From positions 98,334,001-98,398,000 of the forward strand of contig NC_087437.1 in the NCBI RefSeq assembly GCF_036321535.1: a stretch of 64,000 nucleotides of DNA. Reading direction: 5' to 3'. Source of the stretch: Camelus dromedarius (lineage: Eukaryota). The notes under the pieces were generated by a model. That model saw only the letters and a list, made by a program, of their open reading frames with translations, did not search any database and was not told the origin of the DNA. Shown here piece after piece: positions 1-12,195 of this stretch (positions are counted from its first letter, which is position 1; each line of letters begins with the position of its first letter). A program made the position numbers and the translations under genes.

Positions 1-139
1 GGGTCTAACAAACATTTTATTACCATTTAAGTCAACTGATGAATAATTTACAGAAGAGTGAAAGGATAATGCAAAACTCATCAGAATTTTTAATAAAAAT
101 TTATACATAGCAAACCCAATTCTTTTTTTGTTTGTTTTC

Positions 140-470
140 ATATTTTTTTTATTATAGGTTACCACAAGATATTGAATACAGTTCTCTGTGCTACACAGTA
201 TAAACTTGTTGTTTATCTATTTTACATACAGTAGTTAGTATCTGCAAATCTTGACCTCCCAATTTATTCTTTCCCACCCCCTTTACCCCTGGGTAATTGT
301 AAGTTTGTTCTCTGTCTGTGAGTCTTTTTCTGTTTTGTAAATAAGTTCATCTGTGTCTTTTTTTAAGATTCCACATATAAATGATATCATATGATATTTT
401 TCTTTCTCTTTCTGGCTTACTTCACTTAGTGTGATGATCTCCAGGTCCATCCAGATGGCATTATTTTATT
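140..470 (-). mobile_element. LINE-1 3' end fragment, cetartiodactyl/camelid-type
   Basis: T-rich tail, then antisense L1 3'UTR motifs ('caagatattgaatacagttctctgtgctacacagta', 'ttttaagattccacatataaatgatatcata', 'tctggcttacttcacttag...tctccaggtccatcc'). Confidence 0.85.
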
Positions 471-780
471 ATTTTTTACTTTTTTCTTTTTAACATTTTT
501 TTATTGATTTATAATCATTTTACAATGTTGTGTCAAATTCCAGTGTAGGGCACAATTTTTCAGTTATACATGAACATATATATATTCATTGTCACATTTT
601 TTTCTCTGTGAGCTACCATAAGATCTTGTATATATTTCCCTGTGCTTCACAGTATAATCTTGTTTACCTATTCTACAATTTTGAAATCCCAGGCTATCTC
701 TTCCTACGCCCTGCCCTCTTGGCAACCACAAGTTTGTATTCTATGTCTGTGAGTCTATTTCTGTTTTGTATTTATGCTTT
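471..780 (-). mobile_element. Second, younger-looking LINE-1 3' end, 5'-truncated, camelid-type
   Basis: A new T-rich tail, then 'ttattgatttataatcattttacaatgttgtgtcaaattccagtgta...ctaccataagatcttgtatatatttccctgtgct...ggcaaccacaagtttgtattctatgtctgtgagtct', paralogous to the element at 140-470. Confidence 0.85.
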
Positions 781-1397
781 GAGCACACCCAATTCTTAAT
801 TCCATATTTTGCTGCTTTTGAAGGACAACATATCCAAAATGGAGGCACTTTGGAACTGAGAGCTCATCTACTGTCATGCACAAACCTGGAAACGCCTTAT
901 TAATACACATTCCAGACTTCAAGTGCATGGCTGTGAGTTTCTAGTTTAATCATCACTTCTGAGTCTTCTTTTTGTACTTGTATAATTCAAAACATGTTAC
1001 TTTGGGAAATTCTGACAGCTCAAAATTATGTTGAAGCAAGAAAGACAGAAATCTTCCTTGTCCCATAATTGAAAAATATTTTTTATTTTTAGATTTATTA
1101 AGAACAACTGTAACTGGTGTTACAGCAATAAATCTAGTGGGTTATTTCATTTCCATGTCATTTATTTTCCTCCAATCTCTCTTTTAACACACCAGCTTCA
1201 GTATTTGTCCACTTATGAACTGTTTATAAAAAATTTGGGTGTGCTAACATCATAAAAGAAGGAATACTGCCATATATTCTTTGAGCAAGACAGGACAGGC
1301 AAGGTTTCTTGTCACAAAATAGTGATGAAGTCCTTCCTATTACGCAATTGGAGGAAAATACGGTATTTCCTTTTTGCCTTTAGAACTACATTGGTAT

Positions 1398-1547
1398 GGT
1401 AACTCTGTGAGGTGATGGCTATGTTAACTAACCTTACTTTGGTAATAATTTTGCAATATATGTGCACATCAAATCATCACATTATACACCTTAAACTTAC
1501 ACAATGTTAAATGTCAACTATATCTCAATCAAGCTGGAGGAAAAAAG
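1398..1547 (+). mobile_element. Old L1M (L1MA/MB-type) extreme 3' end
   Basis: 'ggtaactctgtgaggtgatgg...catcaaatcatcacattatacaccttaaacttacacaatgtta...tatatctcaatcaagctggaggaaaaaa', typical L1M terminus. Confidence 0.8.
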
Positions 1548-4500
1548 AACTATATTCTGTTCACTCATTGATTCTTAAGTTTGAGAAAAGTCATTTAGGA
1601 TATTGTCATCTGAAGAAACAGAGATATTGCTTATACAATCAATGTCACCATCATCAATCACGTCGACAATGCTCCTATCAGCCTCTTTGCACTCATTCTC
1701 TGATTCATCTAATTGAAGCATCTTCCTATGCCAACTTTTTCCTCTTTGACATTATGGATGGAAAACAGAAAATACCATCCCATAATGTATGTTTGATTTT
1801 ACAAAAAGTTCCAATGGACACAAATGGTAATAGCAAGATACAATGGTTTTTTCCTACTAAAAACACATTCACTGAAACTTTAAAAAAGAATAAAAGTCAT
1901 ATAATATAATCCTTCCTAACAGTTAGAAATATAAACCACAAATAACAAACAAGCAAAAACAACTTCATAAACAAAAACTGGGTCCAAAGAACCCTGATAG
2001 TATACCAAGGGTTAATACACTTCAAGACAATTTGATAAAATTTATGTATAACCATTTTACAGTGTTAAAATTATAAATGAATTTTCCTTTTATTAATTTA
2101 AAATTGTTCGTAAGCATAAAAATATCTTTTAAATCTGATAAAGCTGAGATTTTACTGGTCCACTAGCATGGAGTGAAAAAAATTATTGTTGCAGCAGGAC
2201 AGAATTATTTAAAAAAATAATAAAATCAAACTAAACCATAAAAAAATTCCATGGAATCCTGACCATAGGGGTAGATAGACTTTGGCAAAGATCCAAGTTT
2301 GAACACATAGACTAATTAAGTAAAATCTTTTGTAAAATGCTTGAATTTAGAGTGTATTTTTTTAAAACTCATTTTAAAGGACCCAAAAATATGAAATTAT
2401 GTTGAAGTCTTAACTTTTTTTTAGCGCTTTAATCAATAAAGACAGTTGTAAATAATTCACATACTAACAGTTCCCAAGTAGGTGTAATATTGATCTTCTG
2501 AAGTAAAGTATTTCCATTGCATTGTGTTTTACATTTTCTATTTGGAAATGGTTTATTAAGCAAAGACAAAGTTTGCTGAATTTTTAAACACTTTTTAAAA
2601 TGGCAAAATCCAAGTAAAAAGACTTTACTTGGATAAATGAAGGATGTGTCTAATAGGATTCTTATATGTGGGACTACTTTTGGTTGAGGATAGATAAATA
2701 ATGAATGAGAAAGGTCTTTTCTAGCTATTTCTAAGGAAAGGATTCAGTATCTCACTTGCGATCAAATTGTCCATTAAAAACACATTTCAGTTATTAAACA
2801 TCTATAAAGTCACTTTGTATGCTATTTAAATTATGTCTAATGAACACCTCATGACTTCCAATTGTTTCCATGAAATCTCCTCCAATTTCTTTTGCATTAT
2901 CAAGTAACACCTGTTTGAGTATTGAATTTAAAGGTATTTCTGCAATGTGACTCTTTAATAAGAATTTGGATTCTTGGCTCTGGTTCCTTAAAATGCAGAA
3001 GTAATTAAAAGGCTACTCCTACTGGACAATATTACCTGAATTTCACTGTAGATTATTTTTGGAGATGCTTTTTATGTAAAAGGATAAGAAAAACATTAAG
3101 ATGCTTCCCTAAGCATTAGAAGAAAAATAACTATGTACACTAAGAAGATTCCAAAGTCCTAATTATTGAACCTTTTACTTAAGCAATACAAATTCAGGTA
3201 AATAATTCAGAGAACTCTTAGTGTTTTCTAAGGTGAGACTCTGAAAGTTTTAAGAGTTGAACAGGGAATAAAAACCCAAGAAAATTTATCAAGAAGATGT
3301 AACCCCAAACATCTTATGCAGATGGATGAAATTAGCTTTTGAAACCAAGGGCCAATGGAAAGTTAGAATATATAAAACGCAACACTTAATTACATAAAAC
3401 AAGAAATGAAAAGTAAAATTTCAGATAACAGTCTTGGGACTTCATTGAAAAGTGAAGACTGCAGTGAATCCTCTATTTTAAATGAAATGTTTGTTTTTGA
3501 AAAAACAAAAACAAAAAACAAAAAACAGTAAGAAAAAGAATTAAATATTCAACTGTTGCCATTTCATAGCTGGGAATAATATGGGCATAGTAAGGGAAGA
3601 GGCCTGAGATTTCATTTATTAGAATGTATTTCTAATTTCTTGAAAAAAAATCAAAATCAGTATATGTCCTTTGATATAATTTAAATTCTAAGGTAATAGT
3701 TTTCTTCGTAGTATTATCTACCAAAAGATGGATTTGTGGTTGTTTAATCTGATGGGTGCCAAGAAAATAAACTTACCTAAATACATTTTGCTCAACTGAG
3801 GGCCTCTGCATTTAAAATTAGACAAGAGTTTCTCGCCCTCTCCCAGGGCTTCTCATTTCAGGTGTAAATACACTCTGGAGATTGGTGACAGAAGCCACTG
3901 ACACCGGAGTGAGTAAAACAGCCACCCAGACTGCTCTCCACTGCAACCTGAGGGCCTTACATATTTTTGCCCAAGGCCAAATTTGCCCCTCCCTTCCAGG
4001 TCCATCAGCTTTAACTTGCTGTCAGCTACTTTGACGGGAGTAAAATAGTGCCCCTATTAAGAGACTCACTAGGAGACACGAATGCTTGACTCACTCAGGT
4101 GTTCAACAGGACATATGTATGGGGGGACTTCTTCAAATACAAATTTTTATTTTTTTGATTCTAAGTAATTGATCAAATTGTAGTTGATAAAAATGACAAG
4201 CACTTTAACCAGAACGATGATATGCTGTCATAAAGTTGTGGAAACAGAACTGACCAATATATTTCAGTCTATTGAGTGAACTGGAGGGAAGGAAACAATT
4301 TTGAAATAGCCATACACCCTACCCACTCAGTCTCCAAAAGTTACTAATATTCACTACTTTCTTTACTGGGGTCACAGAATTTCAAACAGATGTTTATTTA
4401 AAAGCTAAACATGAGCTTATATTCTAACTGGAGTTTTTGCTTCTCTCTTAATAGCTATACCTATATACTAAATAAAACGTAACAGTAAAGATTTAAGATC

Positions 4501-5244
4501 TTTGACGACACAGATAAATGCATGAGAGAGGTAACATCATCGTCCTGATGACAGAAACAAGTATCCCCTATAAACGATACAGCGACTTAAAGAAGAGCTT
4601 CTTTGTTACGAATTGTCCTCAGAAGGCTATGTTGATGAATCAGAGTCAATAAATCCACTATCCATCTTATTCTGCTTTTATAGTTTATATAAAAATTAAA
4701 TTTACAATAAAAATTAAGATTATCAAGTTGGAGATTTTAAGTTAAAAAGATGCACAGAATCAAAGGAAGTAGAGAAAGAGCTTAACTGCCAATTTCTATT
4801 CCAAAATGGAACACCTTAATGGATACTGTGTTGCATTATCCTGAAAACATAGAAACTAGAATATTTTTAAATAAAATTAATTCTAACCATAGTTTTAAAA
4901 ATTCAGGAAGAAAATTATTATATGATAAAGAGTACATGTGATATTTATTTAGCAATAATATCAATGTCCACTACCTTCAGTTAAACAATAGTTCTCTGAA
5001 GAGACACAAAATAATGACTAACAAATTTTTTAGTGGCACATAAGTGTGGAAAAAAAGAGTTTAAACATAACACAGAGAGTATAGTTTCTCCTAAGCTTTT
5101 GCAATAGCTCTTCAAAGTAACTGGTGCTTTCTATCAGTTTTGAAAAGCATGATATTTTTCCAATCTCTATAAAAAAATGAAATATAATGGAAAATGGTGC
5201 TTTCTTCTCCTGGAATTGTTTGAGTGTTTACAGTATATGAAATA

Positions 5245-5247
<3 letters not shown>

Positions 5248-5277
<30 letters not shown>
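5248..5277. repeat. (TA)15 microsatellite
   Basis: Uninterrupted TA dinucleotide run read directly. Confidence 0.97.
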
Positions 5278-5282
<5 letters not shown>

Positions 5283-5467
5283 ACATCCTTTGAGATAGGA
5301 GCATAAATCCTATTAAACTCAACTATAGTCTCCCCATCCTTAAAATAGATTTGACATACAGATATAAGCACAAGGTCAAGGTCACAGATCAGTAAGAAAG
5401 ATTACCAACAGAACTGATGTAACAGCTGGCATTTGATCAAAGCTCTTGGGGTTTTTAGTACACTTAC

Positions 5468-5581
5468 CAGACACGGCATTTACTTACCGGGTACACTCTG
5501 TTTTAAAAATGTTCCCAATCTTTGAAGACAAGATCTTTATGCACTGTTTGCTTTAAAGCATCTTCTGCTAAAGACGTTGCA
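5468..5581 (-). other. Candidate non-coding (probably 5'UTR) exon of a minus-strand host gene, 94 nt (to 5488) or 114 nt (to 5468)
   Basis: Minus strand: acceptor 'tttcctttcttattctgtgatctag|TGCAACG', donors 'CCG|gtaagta' and 'CTG|gtaagtg'. Stop codons in all three frames; no repeat similarity. Confidence 0.65.
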
Positions 5582-7974
5582 CTAGATCACAGAATAAGAA
5601 AGGAAACTAGTGTGTGTATGCTTCAGAGTCATGAGTTTTTATGTGTGTGTGTGTGTATATGTATGCCTGCGTATTTATTTATTTATTTGTTATCACTGAT
5701 CCTTGCCATGTGACCCATTTTGAAATTAATTTAACTTTCAGGTTCCTGAATCGACCATGCTCCCCAATACCTCCAAGCCTTTGTACCGGCTAAAATGGAA
5801 ATGGCATATTTCTCAAAATCTTGGGTCACTTCTTCCCAAAGACACAGATTTAATTGCTAAAAATTGGCTCAACCAGAGAAGTTTTACACTGTATCCACAG
5901 TCTTCCATGATCATTTCCAAGTTATACACATAGAAAGAAACTATGGTTATCAACAACAGCAACAAAAGTGATTCTTAATGGAGTATATTATTGAATAGTG
6001 TGATTATCTAACAAAACCATGTCTTTCGTTTCAGCTGTTCAAACAAAATACTGAATTTATCTTAAATTACATCAATGAAACCAAAAGTTATATGATGAAT
6101 GTGCTTAGTGAAGGATTCTGATCAAGAAATTCTTTTTAAGAATGCATAATGCTGTTGGGGTAAATTAATAATATAAAAGCTTTCCCTGTTAAATCAAGTA
6201 TCACCTGCTGTAGCTTTATATAATTTGCAAATTATCATACAGGTACATGTAAATGTTCTCAATGATCAGTTTTTCATTTTACAAAATTATTTCCGATGAA
6301 TTAAACAGGTCTGAATGAAAATACCAGAACTGTACTATTCTAGAAGGACTGCTAGTTTCTCAATAACAAAGGAAAAAGGATAACAAATTATCAAATTAAG
6401 TACCACTGAACATGGAACTTCTTTCCCAGGCAGAAGCAGAATATCAAAATGACCACTTATAGATACCAATTTGTACATAAAACTCTGACCATAAAGTCTA
6501 TTGACATATTTTCTATTTTAAAACAAACATAATCCCTTGTAAAATACACTATATTAAAGTCTATTTAGAGAAATCACTTATCAATTAATAAGTATGTCCT
6601 TCTTTACGTGGGGCCAGGGTCAAAGTGCTCTCTTGTTGTGTGAACTCTGACTTGATTTTCCAGAAACGGTAAAAACATTGTGATATCATGCTTGCCCATA
6701 ATGGCCAAAGGACACAAAGCTTTCATGATAGAGGGTTTTGGTCAGTCCGTGGCAGAGAAATATAACAGATGCAATCCATGGACAGACAGACAGACATAGT
6801 GATAATATCTGTAAAGGGAAGAACTCAATTAACCTAACAGGGTCCCACTCCAGGAGGGGATTAATGAGCAAACAACAAGAATATGCACAATGTACCTGGA
6901 GAACTTCTGTCTTTAAAAATTAAGAGGAAACACTGAAATGCATTCTTCAGCTATGGAGATGAAAATGCGGGCATACCATCAGTAGGCTATTTACTTTAAA
7001 GGGTTTCATTTTGACTGTAAAACTGACACCCATTTCTTTCCATAATGTCTCTTTTGCTCATCTGTACACATAAGCAAATATCTGAAGCAATAATCTCAGG
7101 AACTATAGCCAGTAACTGCCAATCTGAGACCCAGCTTTGCTGCCGTTCTGGTCTCAGGCATGTTCAGTCCATGAGCAGGGACAGCCTGCATGGCCCTAGC
7201 CATGGCACCTGGCACTCAGATAGACTGGGGTGGGCGTAATAAGGAGGCTTTAGAAGAGGCTCCTCTGAGCTGGAGAAGCAGCAGGAAGAACAGTCTAGGT
7301 AACATAGGTCAGTGCCTTTCTGACTCCACTTCCTGGACCAAGGATATTTCAGAACAACTTTTATGTTCGCACTTACGATCATGAGAAACAACTACTAGTA
7401 TCTACTATTAGCATTATTTAATAAAACTAAAACATTTTCACACCAAAAAATCAAATACTTCAGCTTTGTGAGGACCTCTATTACATACATCATTTTTCTT
7501 ATTTTCTTTCTTTTTTATCTCCTGAGATAGAATGATGAAATGTGGACTGGCACACACACACTACACTGATTACTTCCCTGTTTTGTAGTATTTTCCAACT
7601 CCAATATCAATTACTGAAGTTCTTATATCAGTATTTCCTCCATTTATGTTTTGCTTTACTATTTTGGTACTTATCATGCTTTCAATTACAGCATTTATAT
7701 AAAGTGAACAATTTGTTTTGTATTTAAGCATATACATAAACATCCTGTCATTACACATGAGGATATGACTAAAATATAACTGTGGGAAAAATAATGTGAT
7801 GCAGAATAAAAAGTAAAGAACCTTCTTCTGCTCAGTGCCCTCCCCTCTCACCCACACTATCCCTACCACCATCACTTTATAAAATATATCAGAATGAAAA
7901 ATGCATCATATATTTAATGATGCTCCATTTGCCTACAATCAAGCTAAAGGAATAAAGTGTCTTTTTTATTCTCT

Positions 7975-8225
7975 AAGTCTCAGCTGAGGACTCACCCCCT
8001 CCTTCCTTGAGCAGCTTTCCCTGCACTGTGTAGGCTGAGGACAGCTTTTCATCTCTGGGACTCCACAGCACTCAGTAGATCTTTCACCCATCTCATTACA
8101 AAGTTGTATTTGCTTTGTGGATGCTTGACCGTCAACTAGAGTGTAAACAAGGATGATGCCTCTGTCATCCTTACGTCCCAGCACCCGGCAGAGAGAGCCT
8201 TCCTGGTAGAACATGCAACAAGACA
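7975..8225 (+). mobile_element. Degraded L2 3' fragment
   Basis: 'caccccctccttccttgagcagctttccctg...actagagtgtaaac...catccttacgtcccagcacccggcagag' resembles the L2 3' region. Confidence 0.5.
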
Positions 8226-9999
8226 AACTCCTAGGCTGTGCAACGAGGGGTAGGCTGTCATAATTCTATGGCACCTTAAGATTTAAAATAATATGATCAT
8301 ACCATTTATAATGTTTGGTTTCAAATTTAAGACATCCTTTCCCCCTGATTATAAACTAACAAGAAATCTACAAAATTAAAGAGTAATAAAGTATTTCATC
8401 CTACACAGGAAGTTCTGTGGATTTGGAAAACACGTGTGATTAGTATTCTGTTAGGGAAGCACAAGATTTAAATACTTGTAAGATCTTTATTTTAACATCT
8501 GTTTTTAAAAGAGTTCATATTAATTTAGTTTCCTGTAATCAGTGTCTTCCCAGTTAAGGTCTGTAAGATTTAATATGCCCACAGATTATATCAACAATGA
8601 GCAAGTGTTTCAAAATAGTGGCAGCATAAAGCTTTTCACCATTTTCCCCTCTCAAACTACTCACTCTATAAGTTGAGTAAAATCTATTAAACATTAAAGT
8701 ATTTCATTGTTAAATTTTCTTATGATGGAGATGCATTAAAGAGATGAAATATCACATTGAAAGATTTAATCCTTAGAATTAGACAAACCAAACTCATCCT
8801 AAAAAACAGTTATAATAAAATGGAGAAAGAAAGCCTTTATGAATTAACTTTTTACTGCATATTAACCACAACTGAGAAATCATTTCTCTATATCCGTTTG
8901 AAAAATGAATCACTGAAGTAGATAATAATCATATACTAAGTAACCTGAACCCTTTAAATTGTGTGAAAAAGATTCAATCAAATTGGCCAGAGCTATCCTT
9001 AGGGTGATCTCTTTCATTTGAACCTGTATTTGTTGAAGAGCTTCAGGTATCAGCTTTTACTGTTTTGGGCTAAATAAAAACAATATCCCGCTATAAAGTG
9101 ATTCAATCAGAATATGTAAAAGTGATCAAATTACTTTTAAAAGATTTTAAGCATGAAAATCTAAAAACCAATGCAACAGAAACAAACACTATCCAAGCAG
9201 GTCTTGAATACGGATGCAAGAGGAGTCAACATGTCATTGTCTCGACTTTTCCACTTCTTCCCTATCTGCATGCTGCTCATAGCAATACAAAGTCAAGGGA
9301 ATTCACTCCTTTGACCTGTACTGAAGGAGTAAGCTTCAGGTCCCCTCTTTCTTCAGGACAGTGCATCAAACCTGTATCATGTTTCTTAGATCTGAGGAGG
9401 CTAAGAAGTCATGTGAGTCCAGGAAACATCTAGCTTTGATGGATAAAATTTTGAAAATGCATTTTTCTAAAATGTACAGTAAGATGCTCTTTAATATGTA
9501 TTAAAAACAAAACAAAACATATCATACTGTACTCCAAAAAGCTTTTTAGGCATTTGTTTTAAAGTTATTACACTATCAAATCAAATTTCCTTGTCTTTCA
9601 TAAAATGTTATGGTGTTTTTTTGGGGCAGATACTTTATTCACTTGGACTAATGACTTCTTTTTAAAGCTAAACTGACAAATATCTTAGCCCCCATAATAC
9701 TGGGAATGCAAATTTATAGAACTTGTATAAAAATGGCAGAGCAGGTCATTTTTATGAAGAGAAACCTATTTTCCTATATGATTCTACCACTAGCTATCAT
9801 TTTCCTAACAGCAAATAGATTCCACAAACATAACAGGACCACAGAATTTAAAGGACAGAGAGAGTTGTAAGGTCATCTGCTTAATTAATCATCCCTATTG
9901 AATGCTTCAACCCCTTTAATAACCTATTTGCTAACACTGGCTGGCTAACTTTATTTATGAAAACTCTGAGTGACCATGGATTGTATTCCAAGTGGTATC

Positions 10000-10200
10000 T
10001 TGGAATCAGCTGGCTCTGGGTTCAATTTCTAGCTCTTTCGCTTACCAATTGCCTGGCCTTGGGTAAGTTAACTACTCCTGAAGCTTTATTATTATAAATA
10101 TGCAAAACCCGATACCTATTTCACAGAGCCTCCGTAAAGAGAAAATTCAACCATGCTCATCACAATGTCTGGGCACCAAGCAGGTGCTGAACAAGGATTA
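10000..10200 (+). mobile_element. MIR SINE
   Basis: 'ctgggttcaatttctagctct...gcttacc...ggccttgggtaagttaac...atacctatttcacagag...ctgggcaccaagcaggtgct'. Confidence 0.75.
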
Positions 10201-10984
10201 CCCATTATTCGGAGAACTCATCTCATATCTGCACAACTGCAACAGTATGAAATTCTTCCCTGAACCAGGCTATAATCTGTCTTCTCTTACTCTGATCATT
10301 AGTCTTTTGGGGCCACAGAAAACAAGGCTAATCCTTCACTTATCCTTCAAACACCAGAAAATAGCCGCCATATTCCACAGACGAAATCTATCACCTTGTT
10401 CTGGTCTAGATAAGATAGTTAAATTCCATTGCTGACAGGAATCTAGCAAAGGGCAAACAAAGGAAGACAAATGTGCCTGGGCGCCAGTCTGTGGTGGATG
10501 CCGCCAAGATGCAATTCTTCACAAATTCTTGACTGGTCAAAGTCGCGTATAAAAGCTCCTGGGAGCTCTCCACCGCGGACTGTTGGCGCCTGCTAAGTTT
10601 ACTGCAAAAGCTCTGCTCTTCCCCAAGTGCTTTAAGCCACACCTCCTCCTCAAATGAAACACCAAAGTATGTTTTCTTTGATTCTCCTCCTGGGGTTGGT
10701 TATTATTGTATTATCTTCATTTGCATTTTAACAAACAAGGGTACTAAAGCTCAAAGCTTCTGAGTGATTGGTTAATTGGTCAGTAAGTGGCTTATCCAAA
10801 ACCAAATTAAGGGTCTTCAAAGTGCCAACCTTTCCTATTAGTTTAAATTGCCACAGACTCAGACAAAGGTAAATTTGAAAACATTTGGTAAAGCGAACTT
10901 TTTTAGCACCTGGAGAACTTTGGATTACTTTTCCTACTGCAAAATCTTGTCTGTTGTCTCTTGTTTTTATTAGGAAGGTTACAA

Positions 10985-11195
10985 AGCACAGTGGTTAAGA
11001 GAACAGTCTTTGGATTCCTGGATCTGTAATTCATCAGTGGGTGACTCTGGCCAAGTTACCTGTCCATTCTGGGGCTAAGTTTCTCTAGCTTAAAACAGGA
11101 ATCATAATAGTATCCACTTCATCAAGCTGTTGTATTCAGTGAAATATACCTGGCATTTTCTAAGCATTAGATTAGCATTAACTGTTCTATTATTT
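10985..11195 (+). mobile_element. MIR SINE
   Basis: 'agcacagtggttaagag...gtgactctggccaagttacct...aagtttctc...aaaacaggaatcataatagtatccacttca'. Confidence 0.8.
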
Positions 11196-11559
11196 GTGGA
11201 CAGAGCATCAGACCAGAGGGCTTTCTCATAAAATTCTTCTTCACTTTCCAGTCATCCCACATAAAACTCCTTATGAGTTGGGACTGTCCATGACATATGA
11301 ATCTCCATGCCCAACAGGTTAGAGGCACTTGAAATTGTCTGTTAAATGCTAGAGTATATTCTATTTATAACCTGAAAAACCAAACCAAACCAAAACAAAA
11401 ACCCCCCAAAAACCCCCAAAACAAAAAACTGTGAATCTGTAATTTAATAACTTAGGTAATTAATTTTTAACTCTGCAAGACATGTTTACTTAAACCAAAG
11501 AGTAATTTCATGTAATACATACCTATCATTTTATCCTTCCCTAGTCTTTTTTCATAAAG

Positions 11560-11955
11560 AACCTGTTTCCTGACCACTAGCCTCAGAGGAATGGACCACC
11601 CTAGCAACATGTCTAAACTGGACCAATTCATTTACTCTCTTGGGATATGTAATTCAAAGAGACTGAAAACTTTCCGTGTTGGGGTTGCTTTAATGATGGC
11701 ACATTTTACAGGTTAGCACACAAAGGAGTCAGTATGCTGAGAGAAAAGAATGAAGTAGGCGCAGGGAGAGACGCAGAGATGAGGAAGGCAAAAAGGTAAA
11801 GAGAGTTGATAAATGGTTTCCAGTGTCAAGGAAGTGCAATACCCTCCTACAGAGGGATTCCCAAAGAGCCTGCTGCGTGCCTCTAAGTCTCCCTGTACCT
11901 GAGCTTTGCTGAGTGGCCTTCGGTCCTATGCAATTGCAGCATCCTTCAGGTACTG
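11560..11955 (+). mobile_element. Old MaLR LTR remnant (MLT1K/L-like)
   Basis: 'aaactggaccaatt...actctcttggga', purine-rich middle, and 3' 'tgagtggccttcggtcctatgcaatt' resembling an MLT1 end. Confidence 0.45.
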
Positions 11956-12074
11956 CAGTAACACGATGTAAGACAATAAACCCATGGTTTAAAGACCTCT
12001 GGAAATAGCTACACTCTCCTTCCTCACTATTCCTACAGTACCTCCACCTCGTGCGGTCTACGACCAACACATAT

Positions 12075-12195
12075 CTCTGCTTTTCAAATGGGGAAAGATA
12101 ATGACACAGAGAGGTAAATAAGACGTCCAAGGTCATACTTAGAGTTTGTAGGGGCAGCACTGATACCAAAATTTCAGATATCTTATTCCCAGGAG
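12075..12195 (-). mobile_element. MIR SINE core
   Basis: 'ttttcaaatggggaaa...gacacagagaggtaaataagacgtccaaggtcatac'. Confidence 0.7.

Noticed and set aside
5371..5384. AGGTCAAGGTCA DR0 (GCNF/ERR-like) element
   Set aside because: Sits in what looks like a decayed MIR core ('aaggtcacagatcagtaag'), which carries this motif natively. No independent support.
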